DNA of 47,079 nt, filler included, from Sphacelaria rigidula (taxonomy: Eukaryota), in the NCBI GenBank assembly GCA_964200075.2. It is 2 parts of 2 records of this genome, joined end to end, with 100 filler letters (N's around TTAATTAATTAA, not from the genome) between each part and the next. Parts side by side here need not be neighbours in the genome. Positions count along the whole stretch, not along the records: positions 1 to 23,506 come from CAXNAA020000259.1; positions 23,607 to 47,079 come from CAXNAA020000260.1. The stretch is one strand, 5' to 3'. The translations under genes were made by a program, and so were the position numbers. The notes below the pieces were generated by a model. That model was not told where the DNA came from, searched no databases, and saw nothing but the letters and a program-made list of their open reading frames with translations. Below, piece after piece: positions 13,346-26,025 of the stretch. Positions within the stretch are counted from its first letter, which is position 1; every line of letters starts with the position of its first letter.

Positions 13346-13961
13346 AGATTAGAGTACTCTACGAGAGTGAGTGAACGTGCGGTGGGGGCACCGTGTTCAT
13401 AGGTACGGGTAATTAAACTGAAAAATATCGATTTTCTCGTTGTTTTTCATGATAATACTTGTTGAGATTTCCTCTGGAAAACAGCTGCCTGAAAGTGACC
13501 CCTATGGCCTATGGCGTGACTCTTTACTCGTCACCAGAGACGAGCTTTAATACTCCAAACTGCCATGTTTGTGGATCTAATCCGGAAACCGTTTTTTTTC
13601 TTCATAATTCATATATGATGGTGATACTATGTTAAAACGAAAAATAGTTGAATGGTTGTGCCATGCCTACAGCATTTTGGAGGGATAATGAGTGAAAGCG
13701 GAAGCGGAGTGTGTAGCTTGTAGCTTGCCGGGCGAGAGGCCAAAGGCTGCAATATCCTGTGCCCAGAGGCTACAGTGCCCCACTGATACATCATGTATCA
13801 TGAGTGTAGTACGTGTATGTAGTGGCATTTGCTGTTTCAAAAATAGATGGTTTGGAGTGCATGGCCGTTCAAACTCAATGACGGGAGAAAAGTCCCATTT
13901 TATAATAAAAAAGCAAATTTAGAGTTCGAATACCCAAATTGCCGTCTTCTCCTCATGCTAG

Positions 13962-15123
13962 GATGCGCGCCTCGTGAGGGGGTGCTGCCACAACGCCACA
14001 ACAAGGACGTGATGGAGAGACACGAAGTAAGCTCATTTTCGCTGAAAAAAAGCTTGAAAATAAACGGGGCTAAATTTAAAAAAAGGCGGGCTTATGGAGC
14101 TGAAGCCTAGCGTTGGAGCTTGTGGGCGTTGTTTTATTAGTTCCTCTCCAGCCGATTCTTTCGCTGGCGCCCTTGTGTTTCGAATGTGCTCCTTTGTCGC
14201 ACTGTTGGCCAATGCCGCTGGCAGTTAATTGCAATGAGCGCGCAAGAAACGTTGTTTGCTTGCTATGCCTCCTGGAATCGATTTTGTCCCTCATTTTTTT
14301 CTGTGAGGTCTTGAACGAGGACACCAACCTGATGCCGCATCCCATATTGCCAGTTGATATATTGATGATGCCTCATCCGGACGAGTCAGTGCGCAGACTT
14401 GAACTGATATCACGTACGACACTCCTTCCCTTTACCTCCCGTATATTATATATTATCCCGTCGTTCGCTCGTTCTTTTCTCTGCCTGTGAAGACGCTGTC
14501 CAGCAGCATCGTACAGCGATGTCTGTGGAGGACAACTATCTCGTACTGCAGTACTCCGGGAGGTTGAGTGGGCGACCTTCCGCCGGCGCAAGCAGCCACT
14601 TGCTTCGGAACCTCGACTGCGTGGTGCACAACTCGTCTAGCGGAAAAATGTTTACGTGCAACTCGCGAGTCGCCGTCGACGATGTGTTCGGCCAAGACAA
14701 CCTCAGCGGACTGTCCGCGCCGGTGCTGTCGTTGATGTCACAGGTGTCATTTCCATGTATGTATGTATGTATGTAAGCAATACTTATTCGACTAGACTGC
14801 AACAATTCTGCAGTTCGTTGACGAAGTGAACCAGTAGTCATGTTTTTTCTCTGTCTCTTACCTGACGATGTTGGCGTACTGGGTAGGTGGGCTCCTTATT
14901 ATGCTATACTCGTCCAGCATTCTAGTCGCACGGCTACAAACTATTGTAGCGATTGTGTTGCACTCATATATAGTTTTTTTCTTGTCGCCGTTGTCGCGTA
15001 CAGGCGTCCGCGGAGCAGACAAGTGGTGAAGTTACCGTCGACCCGAACCAAGTTCCGCAAGCTCTCCCGTTCGAGGACATCACTCCCGACAAGATCAAGG
15101 GTGCCTTCACAGCTGCTTTGTAG
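13962..15123 (+). pseudogene. Spliced ORF fragment of unknown function (4 exons, 5' end not found)
   Basis: Phase-compatible GT-AG exons 13962-14026, 14308-14413, 14493-14743, 15004-15123. Translation: CAPREGVLPQRHNKDVMERHE-VLNEDTNLMPHPILP...-HAVQQHRTAMSVEDNYLVLQYSG...-ASAEQTSGEV...TAAL*. Confidence 0.4.
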
Positions 15124-15747
15124 GCTAGCGGGGCCGATTCCAGGCCTGCTGAAGATGTCGCCACGACGGTGGCGACAAACTTTTTCAGTTTTTACACCAA
15201 AAAACGATGTATACTTCTGTTTACTCTCCAGTGTGTTTTTTCCCTATTTGATTACACTTATTCAGTGATACCTGGTATGGTATAGTATAGTCAAGTAGTT
15301 CAGATAGTACCACGTATCAAGTAGAATGCGCCGTGGTCAACGGTACTGTTGAGACAAGTTGCCGTAGACGTGGTTGAGGTACGGCTCTGAGCATGCTGCA
15401 GTAGTGAGTGGACGTAGCCAGAGTGCATTATCAGTACTACGGAGTAGTAAAGACCATATTATGGGCCAAAGGGTATCACCACACCAATAAATTATATGTC
15501 ATAGTTCCTACTGGTGGTGCGGTGTTGGTATGGAAATATGCCGAGGGGCTTCTTCATTCTGGTAATATTGACGTTTGTTATGATTAGTGATCGACCTAGA
15601 AGCACCTCATGCGAGCCGCATCACCTGCATACATCAATGATCAGGGACTGCATACAGTTTCGATCGGAAATGTTTTTGCCGATTTTTTTATCATCATTTT
15701 TCCAATCCCATCCTACAGATATCGTTCATCCTACACTTCTAGTTCAC

Positions 15748-17431
15748 ACTGTCACATCATCTGCACCCGGTATGACCGCATATGAACATGGATTCAGCAC
15801 AACCGGCCCCCAGCTGGTGTGTAAAGTGGTTCGGACAGGGCAAGCTTTCTGCTTCACGCGCTCAACGTTGCCGTTAGCCAGTTTCACCAGCTGTTCATTG
15901 ACCAATCGGTGTGACCACTCGAACATCTGGAACCATAGCTTGTAATTTCGCCCCTACACCCACTGACATGGTCGTGATTCCAGATCCCGAGTCTAAAATG
16001 GCCTTGACCGGACAAACACTCTGTGCCCCTGCACTCGGTACAGACAAGTCGGCGAGACACCGTCGTTCCTCTTTTTCTACGCGTATCCGCTCAGATTGAA
16101 AACCTGATACCCCACCCGATGTAAGCGATCTCCACGACGACATCGCCTCAGATGTCCAGCGCGGGACTGTTTCCCCTGTTTCCCCCGATACGGTCTGCTG
16201 TACGCCACCAGTAGAAATGAACGGTTCTGGCGGCAGCATCGCTCCACTGATGGGAGCACCCCCTCCATTGGTTGGAAATACAGCCCTTGTAGCGGCGGGA
16301 CTCTTGCCTCCTCCTCGAGGCACCTGTCCAGGGCCCTGCGACAGCTGCTGCTGTTGTTGCTGCGTGTCGCCGGCCTTCGACTGCCCACCTGCAGCATGTT
16401 GTCGAGCAGCAGCTTGGCTTTGCTGCTTACAACCCTTTATGAAGTGGCTCTTGTCTCCACATGAGAAACAACCTGCATAGCTTGTGCCCGATTCCTGAGA
16501 TTTCCCGGAAATGGCTCTCTCACTGCCAGTGGTCGTCCTTTTTCCACCATTCCGTTCGCGCTTGGACCCGGAGATCCCGCTGCCGCCTTTCTTTTTCAGC
16601 TGCGGCTGGTGACGGCGCTGTTTATCAGCCGCTTTCACCGTCTTCCATGCCTCTGCGGCTTCCCGAGCCGTATCATACACGAGTCCAGGGTCCTCTTTCC
16701 ACCCCCCTTTCATGTGCAGCATGTTGAGCAATTTTGTCTTGAATTCAGGGGGGGGCATGCCGGCGAGCAATTCCCACGTAATTATTTGAGCGGGTCCTGC
16801 TTTGAACGTCTCGTCCTCGTGGAACTCGCGCTCGATGCTTGCCTTTGCGGCAAAAAAATAACTCCTCGAGGGCACCCCACTGTCCCTCGATTCTACCCAT
16901 GGCAATCGGCTCGTTGCGTGAGGCCATCGCTATAAGCACACCCGCTGTAGCAACGGAAGAATCGATCTCTGTATGAATCCAACATTTTGCATGCCGGCTT
17001 TTTGCCTCCTTCAGTATCGAGTACAGATTCGTCAAATATTGTACATTTCAAAAACGCGCGAACGTGCTCAGGCACGACTCTATCACGGACGATAAATCGG
17101 CCTGTACGGTCCTACCCTTATTGATCAATTGTAGAGCTTCTTCCTAATCCGTGTATTTTTGAAAAAACCGTCTGGAGGCATCTTCGCTGGAATGCCGTCC
17201 GTACACGGATGCTTTTAGCGATCCGGCATAAGCTCAGTAAGTTCAAATGTCACCTCATCGCCTGCATCGCTTCCACCATCTTTCCTGCGCGCTGCTATTC
17301 TTTTCCAGCTGCACGCGATGCTTTTAGCCAACGTGGTCATCCCTTTGTTCAACGAGCTGCAACGAGCTACCTCGCGTTACAGACTGCACACCTGTCTGTG
17401 TACAACATAAAAGAAAATGCAGAAACTATCC
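15748..17431 (-). mobile_element. Degenerate Gypsy gag-protease
   Basis: ORF 15895-16905 carries an intact CCHC knuckle CFSCGDKSHFIKGC and the aspartic protease motif ILDSGSG. Homologous to 4633-6998. Confidence 0.85.
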
Positions 17432-17698
17432 TGTAGACTTGTCTGAAATCAGAACAAGGTAATAGTGCTGTGGCGAGAGGCCGAAGGCTGCAATATCCTG
17501 CCAGGGGCTTCAGAGACTTCAAGACTCAAACAGTTATACAAACAGCAGTCTTCGCTAACCAGGGGTGACCCTTCTTTGCTCCCCTCGCAAATATAATATG
17601 CTACGCAAACGATAATCATCCTCCAACCTATTGTCACACCATCCAAAAGTGATATTCATATGCTACCGTACTCGTCATGCGCGAGGTGCTACTGTACA
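17432..17698 (-). repeat. LTR, family 3
   Basis: 267 bp, TGTA...TACA termini; preceded by PPT-like AGTAGAAAGTAGCTTGGGGGTGC (17699-17721). 3' part resembles family 1 (GTCTTGAAGTCTC, ACCTTGTTCTGA). Confidence 0.75.
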
Positions 17699-18846
17699 GC
17701 ACCCCCAAGCTACTTTCTACTAACGGTAGAAAACGAGAATTGATCATCAGCGGACACCGACAATAAATCTGGGATGTCAACAATGAACAATCATGCAAAC
17801 GATAACCAAGTGGTATACTCGACGAACACCAATCGCATAATACAACCCAACCACGAAGTACGCAAACAACCAGTCACAGCTTGATACCACACTTGGCCTT
17901 CAGACGCTCCCGTAACTCCTTTTTCAATTTCAACTTCCGCAGTTCAGATCGTACAAAGTGCGGCGCTTCCATCTAAATAACATCCAACGGCTCCCATGAA
18001 GTTTCTTCCTCGTCGAAACCTACCCATTTCACACGTACATCGTAGCCATGTCCTTCGTAAGCCTCAGATATCCCGGCGATGGCCTCCATCTCGAACTCTC
18101 CTTGAGTATGTGCATGCTGGAACACATCCTCCAGATTCGCGGTGACCTCCACTTCCTTGTCCGCATAGTACCAAAGACGGGCGACATGAGCGTCCTTTAC
18201 CTCGCCATTCACGATATTTTGAATGTCGTAGACATGTTTTTGCTCCGCTACCACGATCCTCCGAGGCCCTGTCCACGTACTTACGAGTTTCGGTGTTGTT
18301 CCTGAGCGCCTAACCCGTGCAGCCAACACATAGTCATCTACCATGGAATTTGGCAACTGTCCCTTATTAGCGACACGTTGCAGTTCACGAGTCTTCTCAA
18401 CACGCTGCGCCACCTTCTTGTGCAACCCTTGCTGCGCCTCCACGACTGATGACACCTTCTCCCGCAGCATGTCTTCACCCAGCACATCAAGTCGCCATTT
18501 CCTGCCGGTCGACGATGCCAGGGTTAAAAAACTCGTGCGCGGCGCAAATCCAAACATAACATGGTATGGCTGGCGTACTGGCATAGCGCTCGCGGAATGC
18601 CGTGTTCAACGCCCACTGTACGGCAGGCATCAGTCCCACCCTGTCGCGAACGTCGCGCCTCTCTTCTGACAGCATGGCCTTCAAAGTACGGACAACCTCT
18701 CGCAGCATCCTTTCACACGTACCATTTGACCACGGCGAGTTGGGGACCGCGGACCTCCTGTCGGCACCCGGGCGCATCCTTCCAGGTGTTTCATACTTGT
18801 TCAAATCAGCTCGAATTTTGTCTGGAATATTCCCCTCTTGTCTCAC
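17699..18846 (-). mobile_element. Gypsy integrase C-terminal part with GPY/F motif and chromodomain (chromovirus-like), 3' UTR and PPT
   Basis: PWSNGTCERMLREV (integrase E helix), KLVSTWTGPRRIV (GPY/F), FEMEAIAG...YDVRVKWVGFDEEETSWEPL (chromodomain). One frameshift. Confidence 0.9.
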
Positions 18847-18849
18847 TTC

Positions 18850-19510
18850 ATCTCAGATCGTGGAGAATCCCGAATTCACCGAGATGCTGCACTGTCTGCG
18901 TTCTAGGCTCCGAATCCCATACCATCGCAAAGTCATCGAGGAACTCCGCAAAATGAAGGGACGCTGGACAACGAGATACAGCGGAGGCTGGTCGACCAGC
19001 ACGTCTCCATCACCACAGACGGATGGAAATCGTCCAACAGCGACACGTTCATGTCCCTCACCTGCAGCTTCGTCACCTCCGACTTCGAGCTCGAGGCCCT
19101 TACCCTGGAGTGCCGGAAGCGCGAAGGGCACACGGCGGGGGAGGGTCTGGCTGTTGCAGTGAAGGCAATGATCGAGCGCCATTGTCTCAAGGGTCGAGTC
19201 CTCGCTTTCACTACGAATTGTGAGCCGTCCATAGTCAAGACGGGCCATATTCTCGCGGAGAATGACGGCCTCACGCACATCGGTTGCGCCTGCCACCGCC
19301 TCGAGTCAGTCACATCCAAAGCCATTCAACGGACCGGACGTATCGGAGGCGTCGGCTCTTGCGCGCGGCTTGGTGGCTCGCTACACGATGTCTAGCCAGG
19401 CCTTTGATCGCTTGAAGCAGATGTGCGACATCTGCGAAATCACCAGCCTGAAGCCTATTCCAGATGTCGTCACGAGATTTTGGTCTACGCACGCGCTGTC
19501 CTGCCCGAGG
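18850..19510 (+). mobile_element. hAT-superfamily transposase fragment (frameshifted)
   Basis: IVENPEFTEML..RIPYHRKV, SITTDGW, MSLTCSFV, GHTAGEGLA, IGCACHRL (CxxH) and LKPIPDVVTRFWST (cf. DVxTRWNST), in hAT order. Confidence 0.85.
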
Positions 19511-19519
19511 TAGACAGGT

Positions 19520-19965
19520 GAAAGGGGAACCAGCTAATAAACAGCGCCGTCACCAGCCGCAGCTGAAAAAGAAAGGCGGCAGCGGGACCGCTGGGTCCAA
19601 GCGCAAACCGAATGGTGGAAAAACGACGACTACTGGCAGTGAGAGTGTCATTTCTGGGAAATTTCGGGAACTGGGCCCAAGCCATGCAGGTTATTTCTCA
19701 CGTAGAGACAAGAGCCACTTCGTGAAGGATTGCAAGCAGCAATGCCAAGCTGCTGCTCGACAACATGCTGCAGGTGGGCAGTCAAAGACCGGCGACACGC
19801 AGCAACAACAGCAGCAGCTGTCGCAGGGCCCTGGACAGGCGCCTCGAGGAGGAGGCATGAGTCCTGCCGCTACAAGGGCTCTATTTTCAACCAATGGAGG
19901 GGGTGCTCCCAGCAGCAGTGGAGCGATGCTACCGCCAGAACCGTTCATTTCTACAGGTGGCTATA
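19520..19965 (+). mobile_element. Gypsy gag C-terminal fragment
   Basis: KQRRHQPQLKKKGGSG...KSHFVKDC...QQQQQQLSQGPG; inverted copy of about 16200-16630. Confidence 0.8.
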
Positions 19966-21735
19966 AATAGACTTCTGTCACTCAAGATCTGATCGCCATG
20001 TGGACTCCTCCCATCACTGGCACATGAACTTCAGCAGCTTTAGTTATTCATCAATGAACCTTTCGCATACACAGGAGAACGGAACCACAGCCTCTCTCCA
20101 CCAGAGTAGCAAAACCAAACCTACTCGCATGAAGGTCACCCATCACAGAGTCCGGCGATCAGACCCGCAACTCCACCTACACAATGACCCTAACCTTAGC
20201 TTACAATGGTGGCTAGAGTCTACAGCACTCCCAAAGCTCTCTACTACCAACAAGTAGTTATGTCAGAGCTTAACAAACTCAGACATCATTGGTATCTGAT
20301 AGTACCGTCGTTTTCCGTAAAGAATAGCAATCTCTTCCGCTGCTGTCGATAACAGCTCCACACAAGCTTGCCCCACTTCCAAACAACTCGCAAGAGATCC
20401 CAAGAAAATGTCGTCCATCATGAATATGCAATCACGCTACTTACACCACTTCGAGTTACAAAGCGATAGCTAGCGCCAAATTCTCAAATCTTCGCCCAAA
20501 ACAAGTCTCTTGACTCTTCATCGGCAAGCATCAGAAATGTCAGCGAACGTCGAATTCCAGACCATTCGTGACTCATGGTCCCTCTCATCCGAGACAAGGT
20601 ACTTCTCAACATACAAAATGCACTCTTGTACGTTCAACATCTGCGCAACGGAGTGCTCACTTGTTGCTTGCCTTAGTCATTAGTACAACAGCCAAATGAT
20701 ACATCATCCTCACGCTAGAAGGAAATAAGCACCCAACACGTCTAAAACGTATACATCGCATGCCTCGCCGCCGTCAAAGCTTCAATGCTTCAACTTGCCA
20801 TCATTTCATCAAGACAATCAAAGGAAAGCCATGACTCAAACCGCTATTCAAGTCATGCATACTAATCCAACGACGGCGAACGGACCTCGACCTCCACCAT
20901 CATCGATCACCCCTCCCTCGTGATCTCGTTTTCGAACTCTTGTGTTCGAGCGAATCCCAGATATTTCTATATCTCATTTGGATCTTGGACCGTCATATCC
21001 CATCCGTGCATCAGCCACAATGTAGAAATACTGAATCCCTCGACACGTTTGCAGTCCACCTGTACCAGTTCTTCGAACAAATGGACGCATCATCCACATG
21101 CTCCTTCTGACATCAACGAAAAACCAACCACGTTCATGTTCAAACACGTGACAATCCATACGAAAACGTGCCACGGTCAAAGATCATCGATGCATGCGCG
21201 CATAATGTCTTTATCTTCAACCACCGGAAGCACTCGCGTCATACCTGCTCTCACATACGACGAGTCTACGCATTTCGTATCTTCCAGCTCATTTTCACTC
21301 CAACAGCAGGTGTCACCGTCTCCTACAGTCAGTGCGAGCCTACGCATTTCGCAGTTTTTTTGCTCATTTTCACGCTAACAGCAGCAATCCATACATCCTG
21401 CAGTCAGAACGTGCAGACCGCACAAATATGATTCGACTGTGTTCCTGCGCGAACAAGATTATATCAGCTTCTCTTCATTTAGAATACAGCAGTATATTGA
21501 AAACTGCGGCACCCTAAGTCGTCACCAGATACCATTCATATCAGTACCATGCGAGTAAAAATTCGCACATGCCTGCCAAAATTCGACTCAGCATATGAAA
21601 ACCCGCACATGCATGCCAATATCTCACTCAGCACATGCAATGCCACCTTCCTCGCAGCAAACACCATGTATCATCCGTGCCAACCAGATCAGCACAACAC
21701 ACACATGCCAAATATCCACGTGTACGCCAGAGTTT
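19966..21735 (-). mobile_element. 3' non-coding region, PPT and LTR family 2 (LTR about 19966-20224)
   Basis: Inverted copy of 3110-4632; the LTR part matches 8048-8297. Confidence 0.7.
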
Positions 21736-22299
21736 TACCCTGCACACGCGATACGTCGCTAAAAGTATATCTGCACCGCCGAGCCACGGCGACATATCCT
21801 CCGCCCCCACAGATGCTTGTACATGAACGAACGCTTCTTCTTCAGTCGCTTTTTTAGAGGAAACAGGAGAAAAAACGGGAATATCTACACAGTCCCGCAC
21901 AGCAACACCTCCCGATGGCATAACGCCATCCTCCTCCAGCACCTGACCGTACAGCGGCAAAGACACCGCAATTAACGCCGCCAAATACGCCAGACCTATC
22001 CATGCATACATCAGTGCACGCGGCCACCCCAACACCACGCGACGCTCGTCGTCACCGTTAAAATTGTGATCGCTGACAGCATCACGAGCTTGCAGCTCGC
22101 TCTGCGTACCCGCTCCACGCGGGTCACACGCCCCTGTTGTTTCGATCATGCAAGGCGTGTCCACAGCTACGCGCTGCTCCGGCGGCAATCCCGCCAACCC
22201 GGCACCCACCTGTCCTTCAAGCAGACACCCCTGCGAATCATCTGAACGATCTCCCGCCATGTCACTGACCCAGATAGATTCACCATGAGCACGGCGAGC

Positions 22300-23506
22300 T
22301 CTTTGCTCACCCTGCTCGTTCGCAATACGCGAATAGCACCCCCCCTGTAGCTTCGAGTATGCAAGGAGTATCTCCAGCTACGCGCTGGTGTGGCGGCAAC
22401 AGGCAACTGGGACCTCCGTCCACCAGTATTTGCTCATTGGCCCATATAGGCCTCGCCCTCTCAACCTCGCCAATAGCAGCAGCAGTATCACCCATACTCG
22501 CTACAGCCGCCACCTCCTGTCCGGCTTGCTCCTTGACGGTAATAGCGGCAACGCCTTTAGCGCTCTCGTGCCGATCCCCTCGGACTAACGATGGCTGTGT
22601 GACTTGTTCGGCTCTTCCAACAGCACTGCCAGCGGCTGCTAATCCAGCACCGACTACTGTACTCTCACTGTTCTTGCTGCCCAGTGCGTCTCTTCGAACA
22701 GACACATGCGTCGTCATCTTCGCGCCCCTCAAAGTGGCACCGCGTTGTTTCAGTCGCGGGCGAGCTGCTTCTACTACTGCACGCTCAGCAGCCTCACGCT
22801 CGTGTCTGCTCACTCTGACAAGCCTATGTTGTGTCGCCTTCTTGCCCGTCAAAATGTCGTGCCTGTCTCCACCGCCGCCGACCTTCACTCTACCTTGCAC
22901 CACACTCGGCAATGCATAAGATGCATGCTTGCGCAGCGCAAAGAGCAATTTCTCTTACCCAACATCGTGCCAGCGTACTTGACGCGCGTTCGTTGCGTGC
23001 ACCTCACGAAGGTAGTTCTCATTCTTCCGCAGAAGCTGAGCAGATTCATCACTTGAGAACTTGCGACCGCAGTAGGGCATATCCAGAAATCGTACACGGA
23101 CAGCGCGACCATCGATGACAACATATTGTTGCGGCGCACAAACAACATGGCCGTCCACCGCGACGTGCTCCTGCACCTCGTACATTTCGGTCAGCAGTAC
23201 AGCACTCCACGCCGCTTCTTTTTAGAAACGAAGTCACCTCCCACTCACAGGAACAACAACTCTCTCCTTACACCGACACGCGCTGTACCATCTTACTACG
23301 ACGACCACACACGCCTCTTCCTCACACGGTTCTCACCACGTCTTTTGAAGTCCTTAGACTCCTCTTCCTCACCGTACGCGGCCAAGCGTGGACCACGCAA
23401 CCCTCGCTGGCTCCACCAGGCAGTAATTGCGCCGCTTTTTCTGTAACGCTCACGGACTCGCCAGCTGTCGATCAACCCCCCGCGCCTCACGCACGAGCGA
23501 TACCAC
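22300..23506 (-). mobile_element. gag-like remnant of a second LTR retrotransposon family, with a putative tRNA-Met PBS at 23492-23505
   Basis: PYCGRKFSSDESAQLLRKNENYLREVHATN resembles PDYGRYFSENSSRRFYQKYVE*EEAVKMN of the other gag copies. Minus-strand TGGTATCGCTCG sits at the contig edge. Confidence 0.5.
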
Positions 23507-23606
23507 NNNNNNNNNNNNNNNNNNNNNNNNNNNNNNNNNNNNNNNNNNNNTTAATTAATTAANNNNNNNNNNNNNNNNNNNNNNNNNNNNNNNNNNNNNN
23601 NNNNNN
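23507..23606. other. Assembly gap with artificial TTAATTAATTAA linker
   Basis: 44 N + TTAATTAATTAA (stops in all six frames) + 44 N = 100 bp. Confidence 0.95.
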
Positions 23607-24654
23607 CCCCCCCTCTGAAGTCCCTGACTGTGGCATGCATGATCATGAGTACACCCCTCCAAGTCCCTCGCATACTGTGTTTAACTCATTATTCACTCAC
23701 CAAAGATGCTTCTTCAGCTCAAAGTTTGGGTGAGAAACGAAAGGGTGCCTGCTGCTAATTATGAGGCCCAGAATTTGGCCATTCTGTCTGAAAACTGTGC
23801 ATGGTAGTCGTTGCTAGCTCTGAAATCAGTCCGTTCAAAATTCTGCGCTTCTCGAGTTTCCTTTAGCGAGGGTTTCCGTTTTATTCCACACACTGGATAG
23901 TAACAATACTATATTGCATTGTCGAAAAAGTGTACTGCGTACAGTATCGACTATTGCGTCTATTGTAATGGACAGTAGATTCCATACTGTACGCAGTAAA
24001 TGTTTTGACAATGCAGTCCAATGTTCAGGGTGTGCTCTATTTACCTCGTGTCCGCACCTATCCTGTGAGGACGGGTAGATCCCTCGGGGGGATATCGATT
24101 AATGTGCGACGATCATACATCAATCACCACTCTCAAAACACCATCTGACCCGGAACGTGTATGCTGCGTGACTTAGTTTCTTAACCGAAATAAAAAAAAG
24201 AAAAAAAAAGGATGGTACAGGTTCCATGGTTCTTGTGTCATTGAAGTTGAAAGTCAACTGGAACGCCGTCGATCGTACGAATTATGTATGCCACCCTGAG
24301 AAGGGTGGTTAATGCTTGACGGACATTTTTTTGCGGGAGAAAGCAATTTTTCCCTTCTTGTGTGTGGTTATAATCGAACTCGTAATTACCTTCTTTGCAC
24401 ATTGGCAACAACACCGGAAGATGACTCTCGTGCACTGTACTTCCTAAACATATGATGTCTCGGGTTCGAATCCTTGCCCCGATCAACGCGACGACAATAA
24501 AGCGCCCCCAGCCAAGAGTGCACGGAATATGTTCTTTCTACAACTACGTGCCCAATTTCTTATTCTGGGCCTTTCAAATGGGGGAAGGGTATACCAGACC
24601 ACTCCCCCCTCCCCCAAGTGTTGCGTTTGTGATGCTACGGTAGGGGTTGCCCTT

Positions 24655-24839
24655 TGTAGCGAAATGGAAAAAACCGAGCACAGCAAGCAGCTGGGAATCC
24701 CCACGCTTGGCTTCATTCTTGCCAATGCCGCCCATATGAGGCGCTTCATGCAGCCTGAACCCAAACATCAGGTGCTGTATGGCCGTTTTTTCGTGATACT
24801 TTGGGGCTGGTTTTTGGGGGGGCTATCGTAGAAAGTGTC
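24655..24839. repeat. Partial copy of the MITE family with TTTCTACGATAGCCCC termini
   Basis: Similar to 30311-30569; ends GGGGGGGCTATCGTAGAAAGTGTC. Confidence 0.65.
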
Positions 24840-26025
24840 AGAAATAATAAGAATAACATGATGAAGATAAGAGTAATATTACGTATAATAAACAACAATA
24901 AAATAATGAACAAATAATCAACACGTAGAAGTGAAAAAAAAATATAATGGATAAGGTGTTGTGGATAAGCGATGCCACGGTAAGGGTGCACACTAACTTC
25001 GACCCAGATGTTTCTCATTGAGGGGCTCCTGAAGTAAAGAGCATCAGAAACAATTTGTGCGCCCCTATACCATGGCACCGTCTCCCACCATGATGTTTTT
25101 TGTCGGAACGCTCTACCACACTACCACACTGTGGCAGGCTCATCGCAAGTCCCTTACGATATTACCGGTTTGCACAAGCTTAGACTTCAGTTACCGTTGT
25201 TGTTGTTTGTGCGTAAATTTGGTCCGAGGTTGTCGCAGGGGATGGTTTGGGTTTTGGAGACCATCTCCAACCACAAGCGTTAAATATCAAGCCAACCAGC
25301 AACAGTATATGTATATATATATATATATATAGGCGTTTCCAAAAGTACGTATTTGTCACGTGTTGGAGGGATAACGTGACGTGAACGCACGAATCGAGAG
25401 ACGTTAGGCAACGAGGGGGGGGGAAATGTGGACAGAAAAAAAGGACTTCAACTCTCCACGGGGTGAGGGGGGGGATAGGCAGGTATTGTATAGTAGGTGT
25501 GCGGGATACCTTTCTTCGTGGACGCTTCCCCCGGCATTAAATATTGAGCGAAAAATAGGTATCATAAAACGGATGAGATAATATGGATACTACCACGCAC
25601 AACAGGGGGAAAGTTTCCACAACAGGTGGCCGACATGGATCCATTTGTTTTTCACAATATTTTACAGTATCGAGTAAAAATATAGTAAAGAGGAAATATT
25701 ATGCATCATCGAAGGGGGAAATAGACATTATTTCTTGAACACATCATTCTACATCCCAATGGAAATAAGCACATCGTCAGCCGTCTTCGAAGACAAAAGC
25801 CAATAGCATTCTTCGAAAATCGTATCATCAAGTGGACGCCTGCGTCATTTACTCTCTGAAGTTGTTCGGTATAAATACTCTGTCAACACGTGCGTAGTAG
25901 GCCGCGTTTACTGTCATTCCGCGACCACCGGCGAGCGCCTCCCTTCCCTAAGGAAAGGAGTGTGAAACACGTATACGATGAACGTCCCTGCTACGCGATC
26001 TTAAACACGGTGAAATCGCAGTAAG

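Noticed and set aside
13692-13922. First exon of the 13962-15123 ORF
   Set aside because: About 13734-13775 matches LTR family 3 (about 17475-17517), so it is repeat-derived.
23551-23562. TTAATTAATTAA palindrome
   Set aside because: Centred in Ns with a total of exactly 100 bp; a scaffolding linker, not biological.
24455-24485. tRNA gene (GGTTCGAATCC T-loop)
   Set aside because: No acceptor, D or anticodon stems could be built; at most a SINE-like B-box remnant.
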